Made by a program: the position numbers and the translations under genes. The notes beneath the pieces are model-generated. The model saw only the letters and a program-made list of their open reading frames with translations. It had not been told where the DNA came from and searched no databases. Positions 29,073 to 39,995 of a stretch of DNA of 64,000 nt are shown here, in pieces; position 1 is the stretch's first letter; each line of letters starts with the position of its first letter. The stretch is from a bacterium. GTDB taxonomy: Bacteria; DRYD01. The stretch lies in assembly GCA_039630415.1 (NCBI GenBank), contig JBCNVB010000013.1:174492-238491 (forward strand), given 5' to 3'.

Positions 29073-31211
29073 GTGAAAAGGATAATACAGTTTCTTACCA
29101 TAGCGGCTATAATGATAAACATATGTCTAGCTGGAACTATATCCAAAGTAGAGATTAAAGAGATAGATGGAATGGTAAAAATAACGATTAATACTTCTGC
29201 TCCATACAAGGCTTTTTACCAAGAGAAAAATCTGAGGGTTGTTTTGAGAAACACTGATATAAATTTATCAAGTACAGAAGCTGAATTAATGCCTGGTGGT
29301 CCAGTTTCTAAAGTTGCGGTTAATAAGGAAAATGAGAACGCGGTATTGGATATTAATTTAAGTTATGGTCCTATAGTGTACAAAGTATATACTATTGTTG
29401 GTTTAACTGTGGTAGAAATAAAAGAGAAGGATCTACCTGAACCAGTGGGTCCAAAAACTGCATACAGCGAAGCTAAGGGTAGTATAAGAAATTATATCGT
29501 TCTATCTGCTCCGGAGGAAACTAAGCCGTCAGAGAAAGCTACGGAAAAGGTTGTAGAAAAGCAAGTACCACAAAAACAAACTGAGGAAAAACAAGCTGAC
29601 AAAAAAACTAAGGATCAAGTTGAAGTAAAAAAGGTGGAGGTAAAGAAGGAAAAGACTATTGCTGATATACTCAAGGAAATGAAAAAGAGAAAGAAGGAGC
29701 AAGCTAAACAAAAGGAAGAGAAAAAAGTTGAGCAAAAAGTTCAAAAAGAACATGAAAAACCTGCTTATACTCCAAGAAGAACGATTACGCTAGATCTTGT
29801 GGATGCTACTTTAGTAGATACTGTTAGATTGATAACGGAAAACTTGGGTTGGAATGTTATTTTTGCTCCTGAGGTTATAAAGTATCAAGAGAAATTGACA
29901 ATGAAGCTGGTAAATGTTGATCCTGAGAAGACCTTGAAAATGATACTTTTGTCTAATGGTTTTGATTATAGGATAGTAAATGATATAGCATATGTAGCAA
30001 CTCCTGATAAGTTGGAGAAGTTTCAACAAGACATTAAGGCTGCTGGTCCGACAAAATCGCAGGTTATAAATTTAGAAAATGCTTCGGCAAAGGAGATAGA
30101 GCCTATAATCAAGTCTAACTTTCCGGAAGCGAATGTTCAGGTAGTAGAGAAGACAAATAGTTTACTAGTGAAGGCTCCTGTACAAACAATAGTTGAGATA
30201 AAGAACTTGATAAGTCAGTTAGATGTACCACCACCACCTCCTCCTCCGGTTACTCCTCCAGTTACTGAGGTTATAAGATTAAACTATGCTCAAGCACAGA
30301 ATGTGGTAGAAATGATGGGTAATTTGGTTCCTAAGGAGTCGATAGCAATAGATCAGAGAATGAATTCGTTAATAATAACAGCAACGCCTGACATAATAGA
30401 AACTGTGAAATCTTTTGTAAAAGCGGTTGACGTTCCTTTACCTCAGGTAGCTTTAAGAATGCACTTTTTATCTTTAACAGAGGAAGCTTCCAGGCAGTTA
30501 GGGGTAGACTGGGGTAACCAGGCAAACAATATTAGCATAAAGGAAGTTAACGAAAGTTTATCTGGTACTAAGGGTAATAACGTAGATACTCCATATTGGG
30601 GTGTTAACTGGTTTACAAGGAATTCTCTTACTTTTCAAGCTACTCTTAATTACTTAATACAAACCAATAAGGGTAAGGTATTGTCTGCACCATATGTAAT
30701 GACTCAAAATAGGCAACAAGCTGAAATACAAATAGGTCAGCAAATACCTGTACTTTATACAGACTATAGAACTGGTCAAATACAGGCTCAGTATATAAAC
30801 GTAGGTATAATTTTAAGAGTTACACCTGATATTTCACCGGACGGATATGTTACTTTAAACCTATCTCCAGAAGTTTCAGAATTAGGAGCTCAAATACAAG
30901 GTACTCAATACTTTATCATATCTACGAATAGAGTACAAAACACGGTGAGAATAAAGCAGGGTGACACTGTACTTATTGGTGGATTATTCAGAAACATATC
31001 TAATGATTCTATAAAGAAGGTTCCTTTACTTTCGGATATACCTGTTATAGGTGAGATATTCAAGGCAAGATCTAAGAGGAATGAAAAAGCTGAGCTAATA
31101 ATAGCCATAACACCAATTGTTTTAATGGATTTACCAAAGTTAAACGAAACTATGCAGTATGAAAAGATGGATAAGAAGGGTATAAAAGTAGAAGGTGCAA
31201 CAAAGTTCTAA
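29073..31211 (+). CDS. pilQ: Type IV pilus secretin PilQ
   Basis: N0 and N3-like domains, LGVDW, I.IGQQIP, GIILRVTP, T.LIGGL, KVPLLSDIPVIG..F and ELII.ITP. Confidence 0.92.
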   Translation: MKRIIQFLTIAAIMINICLAGTISKVEIKEIDGMVKITINTSAPYKAFYQEKNLRVVLRNTDINLSSTEAELMPGGPVSKVAVNKENENAVLDINLSYGPIVYKVYTIVGLTVVEIKEKDLPEPVGPKTAYSEAKGSIRNYIVLSAPEETKPSEKATEKVVEKQVPQKQTEEKQADKKTKDQVEVKKVEVKKEKTIADILKEMKKRKKEQAKQKEEKKVEQKVQKEHEKPAYTPRRTITLDLVDATLVDTVRLITENLGWNVIFAPEVIKYQEKLTMKLVNVDPEKTLKMILLSNGFDYRIVNDIAYVATPDKLEKFQQDIKAAGPTKSQVINLENASAKEIEPIIKSNFPEANVQVVEKTNSLLVKAPVQTIVEIKNLISQLDVPPPPPPPVTPPVTEVIRLNYAQAQNVVEMMGNLVPKESIAIDQRMNSLIITATPDIIETVKSFVKAVDVPLPQVALRMHFLSLTEEASRQLGVDWGNQANNISIKEVNESLSGTKGNNVDTPYWGVNWFTRNSLTFQATLNYLIQTNKGKVLSAPYVMTQNRQQAEIQIGQQIPVLYTDYRTGQIQAQYINVGIILRVTPDISPDGYVTLNLSPEVSELGAQIQGTQYFIISTNRVQNTVRIKQGDTVLIGGLFRNISNDSIKKVPLLSDIPVIGEIFKARSKRNEKAELIIAITPIVLMDLPKLNETMQYEKMDKKGIKVEGATKF

Positions 31212-31236
31212 TAAACAGCCTGGATGTTAAAAGGTA

Positions 31237-31269
31237 AGAGGGGGTGGTACTAAACACCCCCTTTTTTTT
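31237..31269 (+). terminator. Rho-independent terminator of the pil operon
   Basis: AGGGGGTG-loop-CACCCCCT followed by a T run. Confidence 0.85.
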
Positions 31270-31279
31270 ATGGTAGCTT

Positions 31280-31570
31280 TTACTCCCACTCAATATTAGT
31301 TCCCAGAGCTTGTGACCAAGAGCTACATATGGATTGTTGCTTTTCATGCTTTGTGCTATTATCGTTTCTGAGTTGTTCAAATAATTTTTTATCTGTTTCT
31401 TTTCTTTTCTTTATTTCTTGGTAAATGATATCGTTAAACTCTTTTTGTTTTTGGTAGTGAGTTTCTACTTCTTGTTTATATCTTTCATTTACATTATCTA
31501 TTGCATTTTTTGCAGTGCTTATAACTGTTGGTAGCACGGTAAGAATTAGTTGAGGATTTATACCTGCCAT
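31280..31570 (-). CDS. Small hypothetical coiled-coil protein
   Basis: 96 aa with a strong GGGAGGT RBS. Confidence 0.65.
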   Translation of the reverse strand: MAGINPQLILTVLPTVISTAKNAIDNVNERYKQEVETHYQKQKEFNDIIYQEIKKRKETDKKLFEQLRNDNSTKHEKQQSICSSWSQALGTNIEWE

Positions 31571-31642
31571 ATACTTCTTACCTCCCTCTTTGTTATTATG
31601 TTTATACTATTAAACTCTCTTTTATGGTAATCAAATCAAATA

Positions 31643-31663
31643 TTTTTTACATTTTTTTCACAA
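31643..31663 (+). promoter_or_regulatory. Tandem TTTTACA motif, copy B
   Basis: TTTTTTACATTTTTTTCACAA in a divergent intergenic region. Confidence 0.3.
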
Positions 31664-31732
31664 CTAGTTTAATTGGTTAAAAGTTAAATTTTTGTAAAGG
31701 ATAACCAGAATATTTAGTGAATATAATAAATA

Positions 31733-32119
31733 ATGATCAACGTGAAATTTGGTTCGGATAATCAAGAGGAATTAGGTAATACTTTTAATAAAGTTCATCA
31801 GACCTTAAGGGAGAATGTTTTGGTGGAAAAAAAATACTTTATAGGTAATGGTTGTTGCATATATAAAATAATAGACTTTGTTGGTAACGAGGAAAAAATA
31901 TTTGTAATAGCTTTCTACTATGAAAAAACTTTGCACTATGACGTTAAACAAAACTTCCTACTTAAATTGATAAAAGATAATAGTCAAATAACTTGCATAA
32001 TGGAAAATGTGGGTTATATATTCATAACAGACTTATTCGTTAAAAGTTTTTCATTTTTTTGGAATGAAGTTTTTTCGGAAGCTTTTAAAAATGTGGATAA
32101 TATTTACAAAAACTTCTAG
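31733..32119 (+). CDS. Hypothetical protein (possibly leaderless)
   Basis: 128-aa ORF; TATAAT 5 nt before the ATG and no SD. Confidence 0.55.
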   Translation: MINVKFGSDNQEELGNTFNKVHQTLRENVLVEKKYFIGNGCCIYKIIDFVGNEEKIFVIAFYYEKTLHYDVKQNFLLKLIKDNSQITCIMENVGYIFITDLFVKSFSFFWNEVFSEAFKNVDNIYKNF

Positions 32120-32145
32120 CTTATAGGTGTGAGATATAGGTTAGT

Positions 32146-32691
32146 ATGGACTTTTATTTAGGTTGGAGTAAAAATATAGAAAGAAAGTTTAAGAGTGATT
32201 ATAAGCTGGCATTAGTTTTCGATAAAATTTCTTTCTATCCTGTAAATGCCTTACTAAAATTATACTTGATAAAAGATGATGAGAGGATAGAGGTTAATTC
32301 GGTAGAGGTATTTAAAAATAGAGTAAGGATAGAGAATGAGGAGCAGGCTTTAGACTTTGTTAGAATGTTTACTGAACCAGAATTGCATGTATTCTTTGAT
32401 CTACTTGCAATAGAAGTATTTAAATCTTCATCTAATCCTTATAGTCCATATGGAAGTATTGAGGATCAAGTTTTTGATAAGCTAGGTCTAGTTCAACCAA
32501 TAGTTAGAAAAATAGATAGGGACTTTGTAATATCTAGAACTCTATTGTTCTATCCAGATTCTGAAGGGATACTGGGAAGAAGGTTATGTATCGTAAGGGA
32601 AAATCTAAAATATAATGGAGAATATGTAATGGAAATAGCAAAAGAAATAGCTTACGACAAGATAGAAAGTATAAGAATGCCTGTAGATTAG
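32146..32691 (+). CDS. Hypothetical protein
   Basis: 181-aa ORF in operon context. Confidence 0.65.
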   Translation: MDFYLGWSKNIERKFKSDYKLALVFDKISFYPVNALLKLYLIKDDERIEVNSVEVFKNRVRIENEEQALDFVRMFTEPELHVFFDLLAIEVFKSSSNPYSPYGSIEDQVFDKLGLVQPIVRKIDRDFVISRTLLFYPDSEGILGRRLCIVRENLKYNGEYVMEIAKEIAYDKIESIRMPVD

Positions 32692-32696
32692 TTGGC

Positions 32697-33728
32697 ATGA
32701 AAAGTCCATTAGCAAATGTTTATGAAAGTTCGAGTCTAGTATATACTAACTTTTTTGGATATGATTGTCCACTGTACTTTACAAGTATCATGCAAGAATC
32801 AAAATTGGTAAGGCAAAATTTAGGGGTATTCGACCTTTATCATATGGGAAGAATATTCTTGTACAAGAATACAGAAATACAAAATTTGAATACTGTACTT
32901 TCTGTTGAAATAGATACAATAAAACCTTATCAAAATAAGGGTAAAGCTAAGTATGCATTAATACTAAACGATAGAGGAACAATAGAGGATGATGTAGTTA
33001 TATACGACTATATTGATAAGTATTTATTAGTGTGTAATGCTTGTAATAAACAAAAACTTATGAGAATTTTTGAGGGTTTACGAATAAAGTTTGAGGATGT
33101 TAGTAATGAACTTATGATGATAGCTGTACAAGGTCCTAGAGCTAGTGGTGTAATTAGTCAATTCTTTAATCTTGATATTTCAAATATTTATTTTTACGAC
33201 TATGTTATAAAAGATAACTATTTAATATCAAGGAGTGGATATACTGGAGAGGATGGTTTTGAGATATACTCTTCTATTAAGCTGATGAGAGATTTTTTGA
33301 GTTGGGTTTTAGAAAAATATGGACAAGTTATGTGTGGACTTGGAGCCAGGGATACGCTGAGAATAGAGGCGGGATTACCTTTGTACGGAAACGAAATAGA
33401 TGACAAAACAACTCCAATAGAAGCTAACTTAAATTGGGCTGTAAAAGTTGAAAGAAGTTTTATTAAAAATAAGTCTTTAAAATACTTTGAGGTTAATCAA
33501 AACAAGAGAATTCCAAGGAAACAAGATAAAGTTTACATGGATGATATTGAGGTTGGATTTGTTACCAGTGGTACTTTTTCTCCAAATCTACAGAAGCCCA
33601 TTGGGATGCTTTATTTGTATAAAGGTTTTGAGGATCATAGGGGGCAGTATAGGGTGAAAGATGTTATACTTACTTTGTATGAAAAACCATTAATTCAACC
33701 AAAATACTACAGAAAGATGGGTAACTAA
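32697..33728 (+). CDS. gcvT: Glycine cleavage system aminomethyltransferase T
   Basis: FDLYHMG, IAVQGP, SRSGYTGEDGFE, GLGARDTLRIEAG..LYGNE and VTSGTFSP. Confidence 0.93.
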   Translation: MKSPLANVYESSSLVYTNFFGYDCPLYFTSIMQESKLVRQNLGVFDLYHMGRIFLYKNTEIQNLNTVLSVEIDTIKPYQNKGKAKYALILNDRGTIEDDVVIYDYIDKYLLVCNACNKQKLMRIFEGLRIKFEDVSNELMMIAVQGPRASGVISQFFNLDISNIYFYDYVIKDNYLISRSGYTGEDGFEIYSSIKLMRDFLSWVLEKYGQVMCGLGARDTLRIEAGLPLYGNEIDDKTTPIEANLNWAVKVERSFIKNKSLKYFEVNQNKRIPRKQDKVYMDDIEVGFVTSGTFSPNLQKPIGMLYLYKGFEDHRGQYRVKDVILTLYEKPLIQPKYYRKMGN

Positions 33729-33731
33729 GGT

Positions 33732-36700
33732 ATGGAAGATATAAAGTTGATAGAAGAGAAAATAAAGTCAAATCCAAATGAGGTTGAACCGGAACTAATA
33801 TATCGAGTTGCTAATTTTTATTTTATAAATCACAATTTAGACGAGGCTTTAAAGTACTATAATTTGCTTTTAAAACTACAGCCAAATCACAAGATGGGAC
33901 TTTTTGAATTAGGTAGTATTTATTCAAACATAGGTAATTTAAATGAAGCTATAAATTTGTGGCAGAAGGTTATATCGATAGATCCTCATTTTACTAGAGC
34001 ACATTTTAATTTGGCTTTGGCTTATTCAAAGCTAAAGAGATACTCCGATGCTTTGTCTGAATTTCATATAACTTTGTCTTTGGTAAGGCAGAGTGGAGAT
34101 CCTATAGGATTAGAGAAAAGAATTCTACAGGAGATAAAAAGAATTCAAGAAATACAATCAAGTTTGCCTATTTCTGAGGCAACACAAGATATAGAAACTC
34201 AAAGACAATATGCTTTGATTTTGACAAAGAAAGGTGATCTTGATAATGCCTTAAATGCTTTCAAGGAAATAATAAAGTTTTTCCCTGAGGATAAAATAAG
34301 CTTACTTAACATAGGTATCATATACACTAAAAAGGGTCAATACCAAGAAGCTATAGAGTACCTTAACAGAGTAGTAGAAGTTGATTCATCAGAAGCTGAG
34401 GCTTACTTCTATTTGGCAACAGTTTACGAGGAAATGAATGATTATAAAAAAGCTGTAGAATATTATAAAAAGGCTATTTTTTATAATCCAAATCACTATT
34501 TTTGGTATTACAAAATAGGTAGAATACTGTATACTATAGGTTACTATGAAGAAGCTATAAATTACTATAAGAAATCTGTTGAGCTCAATCCTTTAGATAA
34601 TTATTCTCATAATAATCTTGGTATAGCGTATCTAGAGGTTGGTAATGTAAATGAGGCTATAAAGCATTTTTTAAAATCAATATATTTGGATCAGAATGAT
34701 TCATATGCTTATTATAATTTAGCTAAAGCGTATGTAAATTTGGGACAGTTAAGTAGGGCTTACAAGAGTATTCAAAAAGCGATAGAACTTGAACCCAGGG
34801 GTGTTTACTTTCTTGAGGCTGCTAAGATTTTATACAAGTTAAGGAATTATAGAGAGTCCTTAGTTTTTGCTGTAAAAGCTACTGAAATGGAACCTAATTT
34901 GCTGGAAGCATATGTTCTAATATCTAAGCTATATGCTATAGCTAAAAAGTATGATGAAGGTATATCGATTCTTGAAAAATTTGCAAGTCCAGAAAAAATA
35001 AACTTGTATCTGGAATTAGCACAGATGTATTACATAAAAGGCGAAAAAGAGAAATCTGTTTCTACTCTTAAAAATATTTTATCCCTATCTTCTGTTCCAC
35101 ATGACATATTCGTAGAAACTATAAGAAGGTTAATAAGGATTTATTACTCTTTTGGGGATTTGGAAAATGCTTATAAGTACTCTCTTGTGATGATTAACCA
35201 GAAAATCTTAGATCAACAGGATTATAAACTAATAATTAATCTATTCTTAAGACTAGCTAAGTATGAGGAATTATTATCTTTCTTTTCTATGCTAAATATA
35301 GATGAGCAGGATAGCGAAACAGTATTTTATTTCTCATATTGTAATATCAAATTAGGTTTTTACGAAGTTGCCAAAAAACATTTAGAAAGACTATATAATC
35401 TATATCCTTCCAATATCAAGATAGCTTATTATTATTTTTACTGCTTATTGAAGACTGGTGAGATTAATGCTGCTAGAAATATATTTGCAAGGATAGAAGA
35501 GGATCTATTTAAAAACCCAAAGCAATTTGATAGTCTATACGAGAATTACATAGAGTTACTGTATGTATTTAGTGATTTCGAAACGATGATGGAGAAGGGC
35601 TTATATTTTGTTAATTCTTCAGAGGTAGATGATACACAAAAGCAGAAAATTGTGGATATAATATATAAAAGTCTTTATGAAAGAAAACAGTTATTGAGAA
35701 TTATAGAGCTTGAGAATCTAGTATCAATCTCAAGCTATAATGGCCATTATTTTTATTTACTTGCCTTAGTTTTGACTAGGAACTATCAGAAAATAGATCT
35801 CTATTTACAAAAGTATTCTCTAATTTCAGACAATAAATATCGTGAAAGTTATATTTTGATTTACTTCATTTGTTTATTGAAGCTTAAAAAGATTGATCTA
35901 GTGGAAAAATTACTGGAAGAACAGAAACTTAGTCAAGAAAATTACATTTTTCTCAAAACTTTAACCGAGATATACAAAAAGAATATAAGCTCTGCTATAT
36001 CAATTGTTAAACAAAACATCTATCTTATACCAAAGTTGTATATGATTTTAGGTATAAAATTTGATTTTATCAATTCGGACCAAATAAAGAACATTTGGGA
36101 AAGTGTAGGAGACTATTTAAAAGACATATGGTATGTGTATAGTTTTGACTATCAGAATATAGATGATAGTAACATAGGAGAATTTAATAGTTTGTTAGAA
36201 AGATTAGAAAACTATGATTTAAACTTCTTTGATGAAGTCATATATTTTCTACCTGATGAGTTTGTTGAGTTTTATTTCTATAATCCGGTTATTCTATTTT
36301 TACATATGCTAACGATAGATATAGAAAAGAGTCTGGTTGAGGAAAAATGGGAAAGAGTAAATATATTCAAGAAAATCAAACTAAAGGACAGGAAACCTAT
36401 ATTTGATAAGCTTTCGAAAATAGTTAAGAAAATTGCAGATATATCAAACATTCAGGAATATTACCTAGCGTATATTCAGGCTAAGATAGCTTTAGTAATG
36501 GGTGATTTGGATAAGGCCATAAGTTATCTATTTGAAGCACTTAGTAGCAACAAATATTTTTACTCTACTAGAATATTGCTTGGATGTATATATTATCTTA
36601 GAGAAATGTACGATCTAACTATAGAGCAGCTAGTAGAGATTCAACATGATGAAAATGAGGATGTAAAGTATTTGCTTGGAAAGACTTATTTGGCTTCAAA

Positions 36701-37535
36701 ATCCTTTAAGCTTGCGGAGGAAGAATTCAATTACTTACTTAATAAGAATCCTTTGGGATACAAATATCTATACAACAAGGTTATAGCTAACATATACATG
36801 AGTAAATTGGGATATGTTGAAGAATTAGAAAAAGTTTATCAATACATGAGTTCAAATAAGTTTAAAGGTAGTCAAGATTTTCTTGATATATCCTTGTATT
36901 TATCGTTTGTATACATACTTATTAGGAAATATAAAGAAGCAGAACAGATTTTGACAGATTTAATTAAAGATTACCCCAATGTAGATACAACTTACAAGTA
37001 TCTTTCGTTAGTTTATATTTCTACTAATCAGGTAGCGAAAATTTTAAATGTATACAATATGGGTATAAAGAATTGTCCGTATAGCTCGGAAATATATTCT
37101 CAGCGGGGAGTGTTGTATTACAAGGCGGGTAAAATAGATCAAGCTGAATCGGATTTTTATAGAGCATATGAGTTGAATCCGCTTGATTTTATCGCTGTAA
37201 GCCATCTGGGTCTTATATCTCTTAGAAAGGAAAATTATAACCAGGCTTTAAATTATTTCAAAGAAGCTATATCTATTAAACCGTTGGCCTACGAAATATA
37301 CACTAACATAGGAAATGTATACGAAAAAATGGGTAAAATTATAGAAGCTAAAGAATACTTTGAAATAGCTTATGAACATAATCCATCGAATATTCAAAAT
37401 ATAAGAAAACTAATAGAAATCCTTAAAAAGCTCTCTGATACTCTGAAGTTACAAATGATAAAGGAGGAAATAGAAAAAAATCACTCCATAGATAGTCAAG
37501 TAAAATCGGAATTGATTTCTATGATAGTAGGGTGA
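33732..37535 (+). CDS. Large tetratricopeptide-repeat protein (1267 aa)
   Basis: Many 34-aa TPR units (AHFNLA, AYYNLA, NLG..Y...G...EA...F..AI.L.P) in N- and C-terminal clusters; no signal peptide. Confidence 0.9.
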   Translation: MEDIKLIEEKIKSNPNEVEPELIYRVANFYFINHNLDEALKYYNLLLKLQPNHKMGLFELGSIYSNIGNLNEAINLWQKVISIDPHFTRAHFNLALAYSKLKRYSDALSEFHITLSLVRQSGDPIGLEKRILQEIKRIQEIQSSLPISEATQDIETQRQYALILTKKGDLDNALNAFKEIIKFFPEDKISLLNIGIIYTKKGQYQEAIEYLNRVVEVDSSEAEAYFYLATVYEEMNDYKKAVEYYKKAIFYNPNHYFWYYKIGRILYTIGYYEEAINYYKKSVELNPLDNYSHNNLGIAYLEVGNVNEAIKHFLKSIYLDQNDSYAYYNLAKAYVNLGQLSRAYKSIQKAIELEPRGVYFLEAAKILYKLRNYRESLVFAVKATEMEPNLLEAYVLISKLYAIAKKYDEGISILEKFASPEKINLYLELAQMYYIKGEKEKSVSTLKNILSLSSVPHDIFVETIRRLIRIYYSFGDLENAYKYSLVMINQKILDQQDYKLIINLFLRLAKYEELLSFFSMLNIDEQDSETVFYFSYCNIKLGFYEVAKKHLERLYNLYPSNIKIAYYYFYCLLKTGEINAARNIFARIEEDLFKNPKQFDSLYENYIELLYVFSDFETMMEKGLYFVNSSEVDDTQKQKIVDIIYKSLYERKQLLRIIELENLVSISSYNGHYFYLLALVLTRNYQKIDLYLQKYSLISDNKYRESYILIYFICLLKLKKIDLVEKLLEEQKLSQENYIFLKTLTEIYKKNISSAISIVKQNIYLIPKLYMILGIKFDFINSDQIKNIWESVGDYLKDIWYVYSFDYQNIDDSNIGEFNSLLERLENYDLNFFDEVIYFLPDEFVEFYFYNPVILFLHMLTIDIEKSLVEEKWERVNIFKKIKLKDRKPIFDKLSKIVKKIADISNIQEYYLAYIQAKIALVMGDLDKAISYLFEALSSNKYFYSTRILLGCIYYLREMYDLTIEQLVEIQHDENEDVKYLLGKTYLASKSFKLAEEEFNYLLNKNPLGYKYLYNKVIANIYMSKLGYVEELEKVYQYMSSNKFKGSQDFLDISLYLSFVYILIRKYKEAEQILTDLIKDYPNVDTTYKYLSLVYISTNQVAKILNVYNMGIKNCPYSSEIYSQRGVLYYKAGKIDQAESDFYRAYELNPLDFIAVSHLGLISLRKENYNQALNYFKEAISIKPLAYEIYTNIGNVYEKMGKIIEAKEYFEIAYEHNPSNIQNIRKLIEILKKLSDTLKLQMIKEEIEKNHSIDSQVKSELISMIVG

Positions 37536-37541
37536 TAGATC

Positions 37542-39941
37542 ATGAATAGTTTTTTATCGGAAAAATATCTGAATCGATTCGCTTACTACTATAAGATATC
37601 CGATAAACTGGATAATAATCAAATAAATCAAATTATTTTGCAGTTAATGAAAAAACTCAATTTCCGAACTTTTTCATTCAAAGATTTAGATCAAATACAA
37701 ATCCATCAATTAATTCTACCTAAGTTTTTCATTTCAAATGATGAAAAGGACCTTTTCTTAGTTAAATTTTGTAAAGAAAAAAATATAATTGAATTGGATT
37801 TATATTCTTCCCAACAAATTGATTATTCCGATACTTTAAAATCTATTGCTAATGAACTATCTTTGTCTGAAATATCTTTTTCAGAAGTTTTTAGTGATCT
37901 TGATAGTAAATACTTAAAATTTTTTAAGCAGTATCATGTTGATACATCCAAGATAGATTTTGATAAAAATTTTTTAGATCAAAAATTTCTAAAAGTTTGT
38001 TATCAAGTAATAACTAGGAAATACTCTGAATTATCACTTGAAGATCTTAGCTACTTGGAAAATTTGGAAAAAAATGATTTCATTAAAATACATATAGTTT
38101 TTAAGTGTCAGGTTTCTGGATCTAGTATTTTCCAACTAAACAAGTTGATAAATAGTCAAACATTAATAGAGGGGTTCAGATGTCCAATCTGCGGTAAAAA
38201 ATTATCAGAAGAAAAGAAAGAAATAAATCTTACTATCTCTCCACAGTTCGAATTTTACTTTAATAATCATATATGGCTGAGAAATATCATATTTGACTAT
38301 CTAAAAAACAGATTGGGTATAACTATTTATGAATATGATAAAGATGTCTATTTAGTTAAATATCTCAGTACTATGTTTATATTTGTATTCGGTAATTGCG
38401 AAAATTTTGATGATTATCTTCTTTTTTACAAAGAAGCAGAGATTTTAAACGTTGAATACAGCTTTTTCTTTTGTCTAAATTTTGAGAACAAAGCTTTTTC
38501 GTATCCAATCGTAGGTAAAAGTAATCATAAATTTGATATTTTGCATATAGATCAACATCTTTTAGCTCCAGAGCATTTTAATGATATTTTAGAACGAATA
38601 AAGCAAAAAATGGAACGAATTTACACCATAAGAAAACTCACTACTACAACTATTATATTGGACTACGAAAAGTTTTTACCATATCCAAAAAGTGAAATAA
38701 AGCAAGCGGAATACATACAAAATGAGATTTTGCACGATGAAGCTGTGCAGAATGAACCTATACAAGCTGAACCTGTGCAAACTGAACCTATACAAACTGA
38801 ACCTATACAAACTGAACCTGTACAAACTGAACCTATACAAACTGAACCTGTACAAACTGAACCTGTACAAACTGAGTCTATGCAAGATCAATCAGAACAA
38901 ATCCAACAGATACAACAAGAAGAGGAAACTCTTGAATTAGAAAATATACAAAATGAAATAACTCAATTATTCGATAATATGTTTTATGGTCAGGAATTGC
39001 AACAAATATATGAAACGCAAAGTACTCATGAATTAAAGGAAGAGATAAAAAAAGAGGAGTATTTACAGCAAGAGGAAAAACAAATTGTACAAACTGAAAT
39101 AGAACAAGTACAGAGGGAACAAATAGATAAGCATACTATCCATGAAGTTTCTTTGGATGATTTGCTAACCCAAGTAAAAGCAAGTTTCAAAAACGAACTT
39201 GAAAACGATATTAACTATCAGGAATTGAAAAATGTATTTGATAATCTAACTGATCTAATTCAAAAGAGGGGAACAAACTTTATAGAAAATAATCTATTAT
39301 TTTTTGAAAATAACATAAAAAGACAATTGTCATTTATAGACTACTATGTAGTAAGCATTAAAGATGATTTGATTGAGATTTTCCCAAAAAACAAGTACAG
39401 TGAATTGATTAGTGAGTATTACAAAAATGTTTCTAAAGTTATCTGTATTGACTCTGTAATCAGTAGAGTTAAAAATATTTTCTGTATTAGTAAGAACCAG
39501 GTTTATGTGAGCTTTATTAGTGATTATGATAAAGGTTTATTAATTAGCTGTTTTGTTTGGGAATCAACTATTAAGGATAGTGTGATTTTGTCTTATCCAT
39601 TTGAACTGAAGAAAAATAGAATGGGTATTATAGGTAGAGTTTTACAAAATCTTGAGAATTTTAAAGTAGGTGGAGTAATAACTAACTTCTATGTTCTTAA
39701 TGAAGATTTTGAATTAGTATACAATGAAAGTAATGTAAATACGGAGGCTATATACACGCTGTACAAATTATACAGTTATCATTTGGATTTTGAACCGTAT
39801 GTAATAGGCTATTTTAGGGATGATTGCTATACAATGATATTCAAGGTAGGTAATATGTATGTAATTGTACAGAAGGAGAGTTTATCGTATAACGAGTTGG
39901 TTGAGATATACAATAGTTTGTATTTATTAGAGATAATATAG
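37542..39941 (+). CDS. Hypothetical multidomain protein: zinc ribbon, acidic repeat linker, possible roadblock-like C-terminus
   Basis: FRCPICGK motif, EP(I/V)QT repeats, Q/E-rich linker. Confidence 0.7.
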   Translation: MNSFLSEKYLNRFAYYYKISDKLDNNQINQIILQLMKKLNFRTFSFKDLDQIQIHQLILPKFFISNDEKDLFLVKFCKEKNIIELDLYSSQQIDYSDTLKSIANELSLSEISFSEVFSDLDSKYLKFFKQYHVDTSKIDFDKNFLDQKFLKVCYQVITRKYSELSLEDLSYLENLEKNDFIKIHIVFKCQVSGSSIFQLNKLINSQTLIEGFRCPICGKKLSEEKKEINLTISPQFEFYFNNHIWLRNIIFDYLKNRLGITIYEYDKDVYLVKYLSTMFIFVFGNCENFDDYLLFYKEAEILNVEYSFFFCLNFENKAFSYPIVGKSNHKFDILHIDQHLLAPEHFNDILERIKQKMERIYTIRKLTTTTIILDYEKFLPYPKSEIKQAEYIQNEILHDEAVQNEPIQAEPVQTEPIQTEPIQTEPVQTEPIQTEPVQTEPVQTESMQDQSEQIQQIQQEEETLELENIQNEITQLFDNMFYGQELQQIYETQSTHELKEEIKKEEYLQQEEKQIVQTEIEQVQREQIDKHTIHEVSLDDLLTQVKASFKNELENDINYQELKNVFDNLTDLIQKRGTNFIENNLLFFENNIKRQLSFIDYYVVSIKDDLIEIFPKNKYSELISEYYKNVSKVICIDSVISRVKNIFCISKNQVYVSFISDYDKGLLISCFVWESTIKDSVILSYPFELKKNRMGIIGRVLQNLENFKVGGVITNFYVLNEDFELVYNESNVNTEAIYTLYKLYSYHLDFEPYVIGYFRDDCYTMIFKVGNMYVIVQKESLSYNELVEIYNSLYLLEII
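38754..38873 (+). repeat. 15-bp in-frame tandem repeat, 8 copies (EP[I/V]Q[T/A])
   Basis: Consensus GAACCT(A/G)TACAAACT x8, flanked by degenerate units. Confidence 0.95.
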
Positions 39942-39942
39942 G

Positions 39943-39995
39943 AGCGCTTACGGGGCTGTGAAAAGGGAGCGCTATAGAAATACCCAAACCCCTGT
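39943..39995 (+). promoter_or_regulatory. GC-rich structured intergenic element (pseudoknot-like candidate)
   Basis: AGCGCT(T) pairs with (G)AGCGCT; loop ACGGGG is complementary to the downstream CCCC(T)GT. Confidence 0.3.

Noticed and set aside
30227-30262. CCA/CCT run in pilQ
   Set aside because: It encodes an ordinary polyproline linker between secretin N domains.
38754-38873. Possible CRISPR array
   Set aside because: The 15-bp units are contiguous with no spacers, lie in frame within a CDS, and no cas genes are present.
38676-38940. Alternative-frame ORFs 38676-38891 (-) and 38722-38940 (+)
   Set aside because: By-products of the stop-free tandem repeat.
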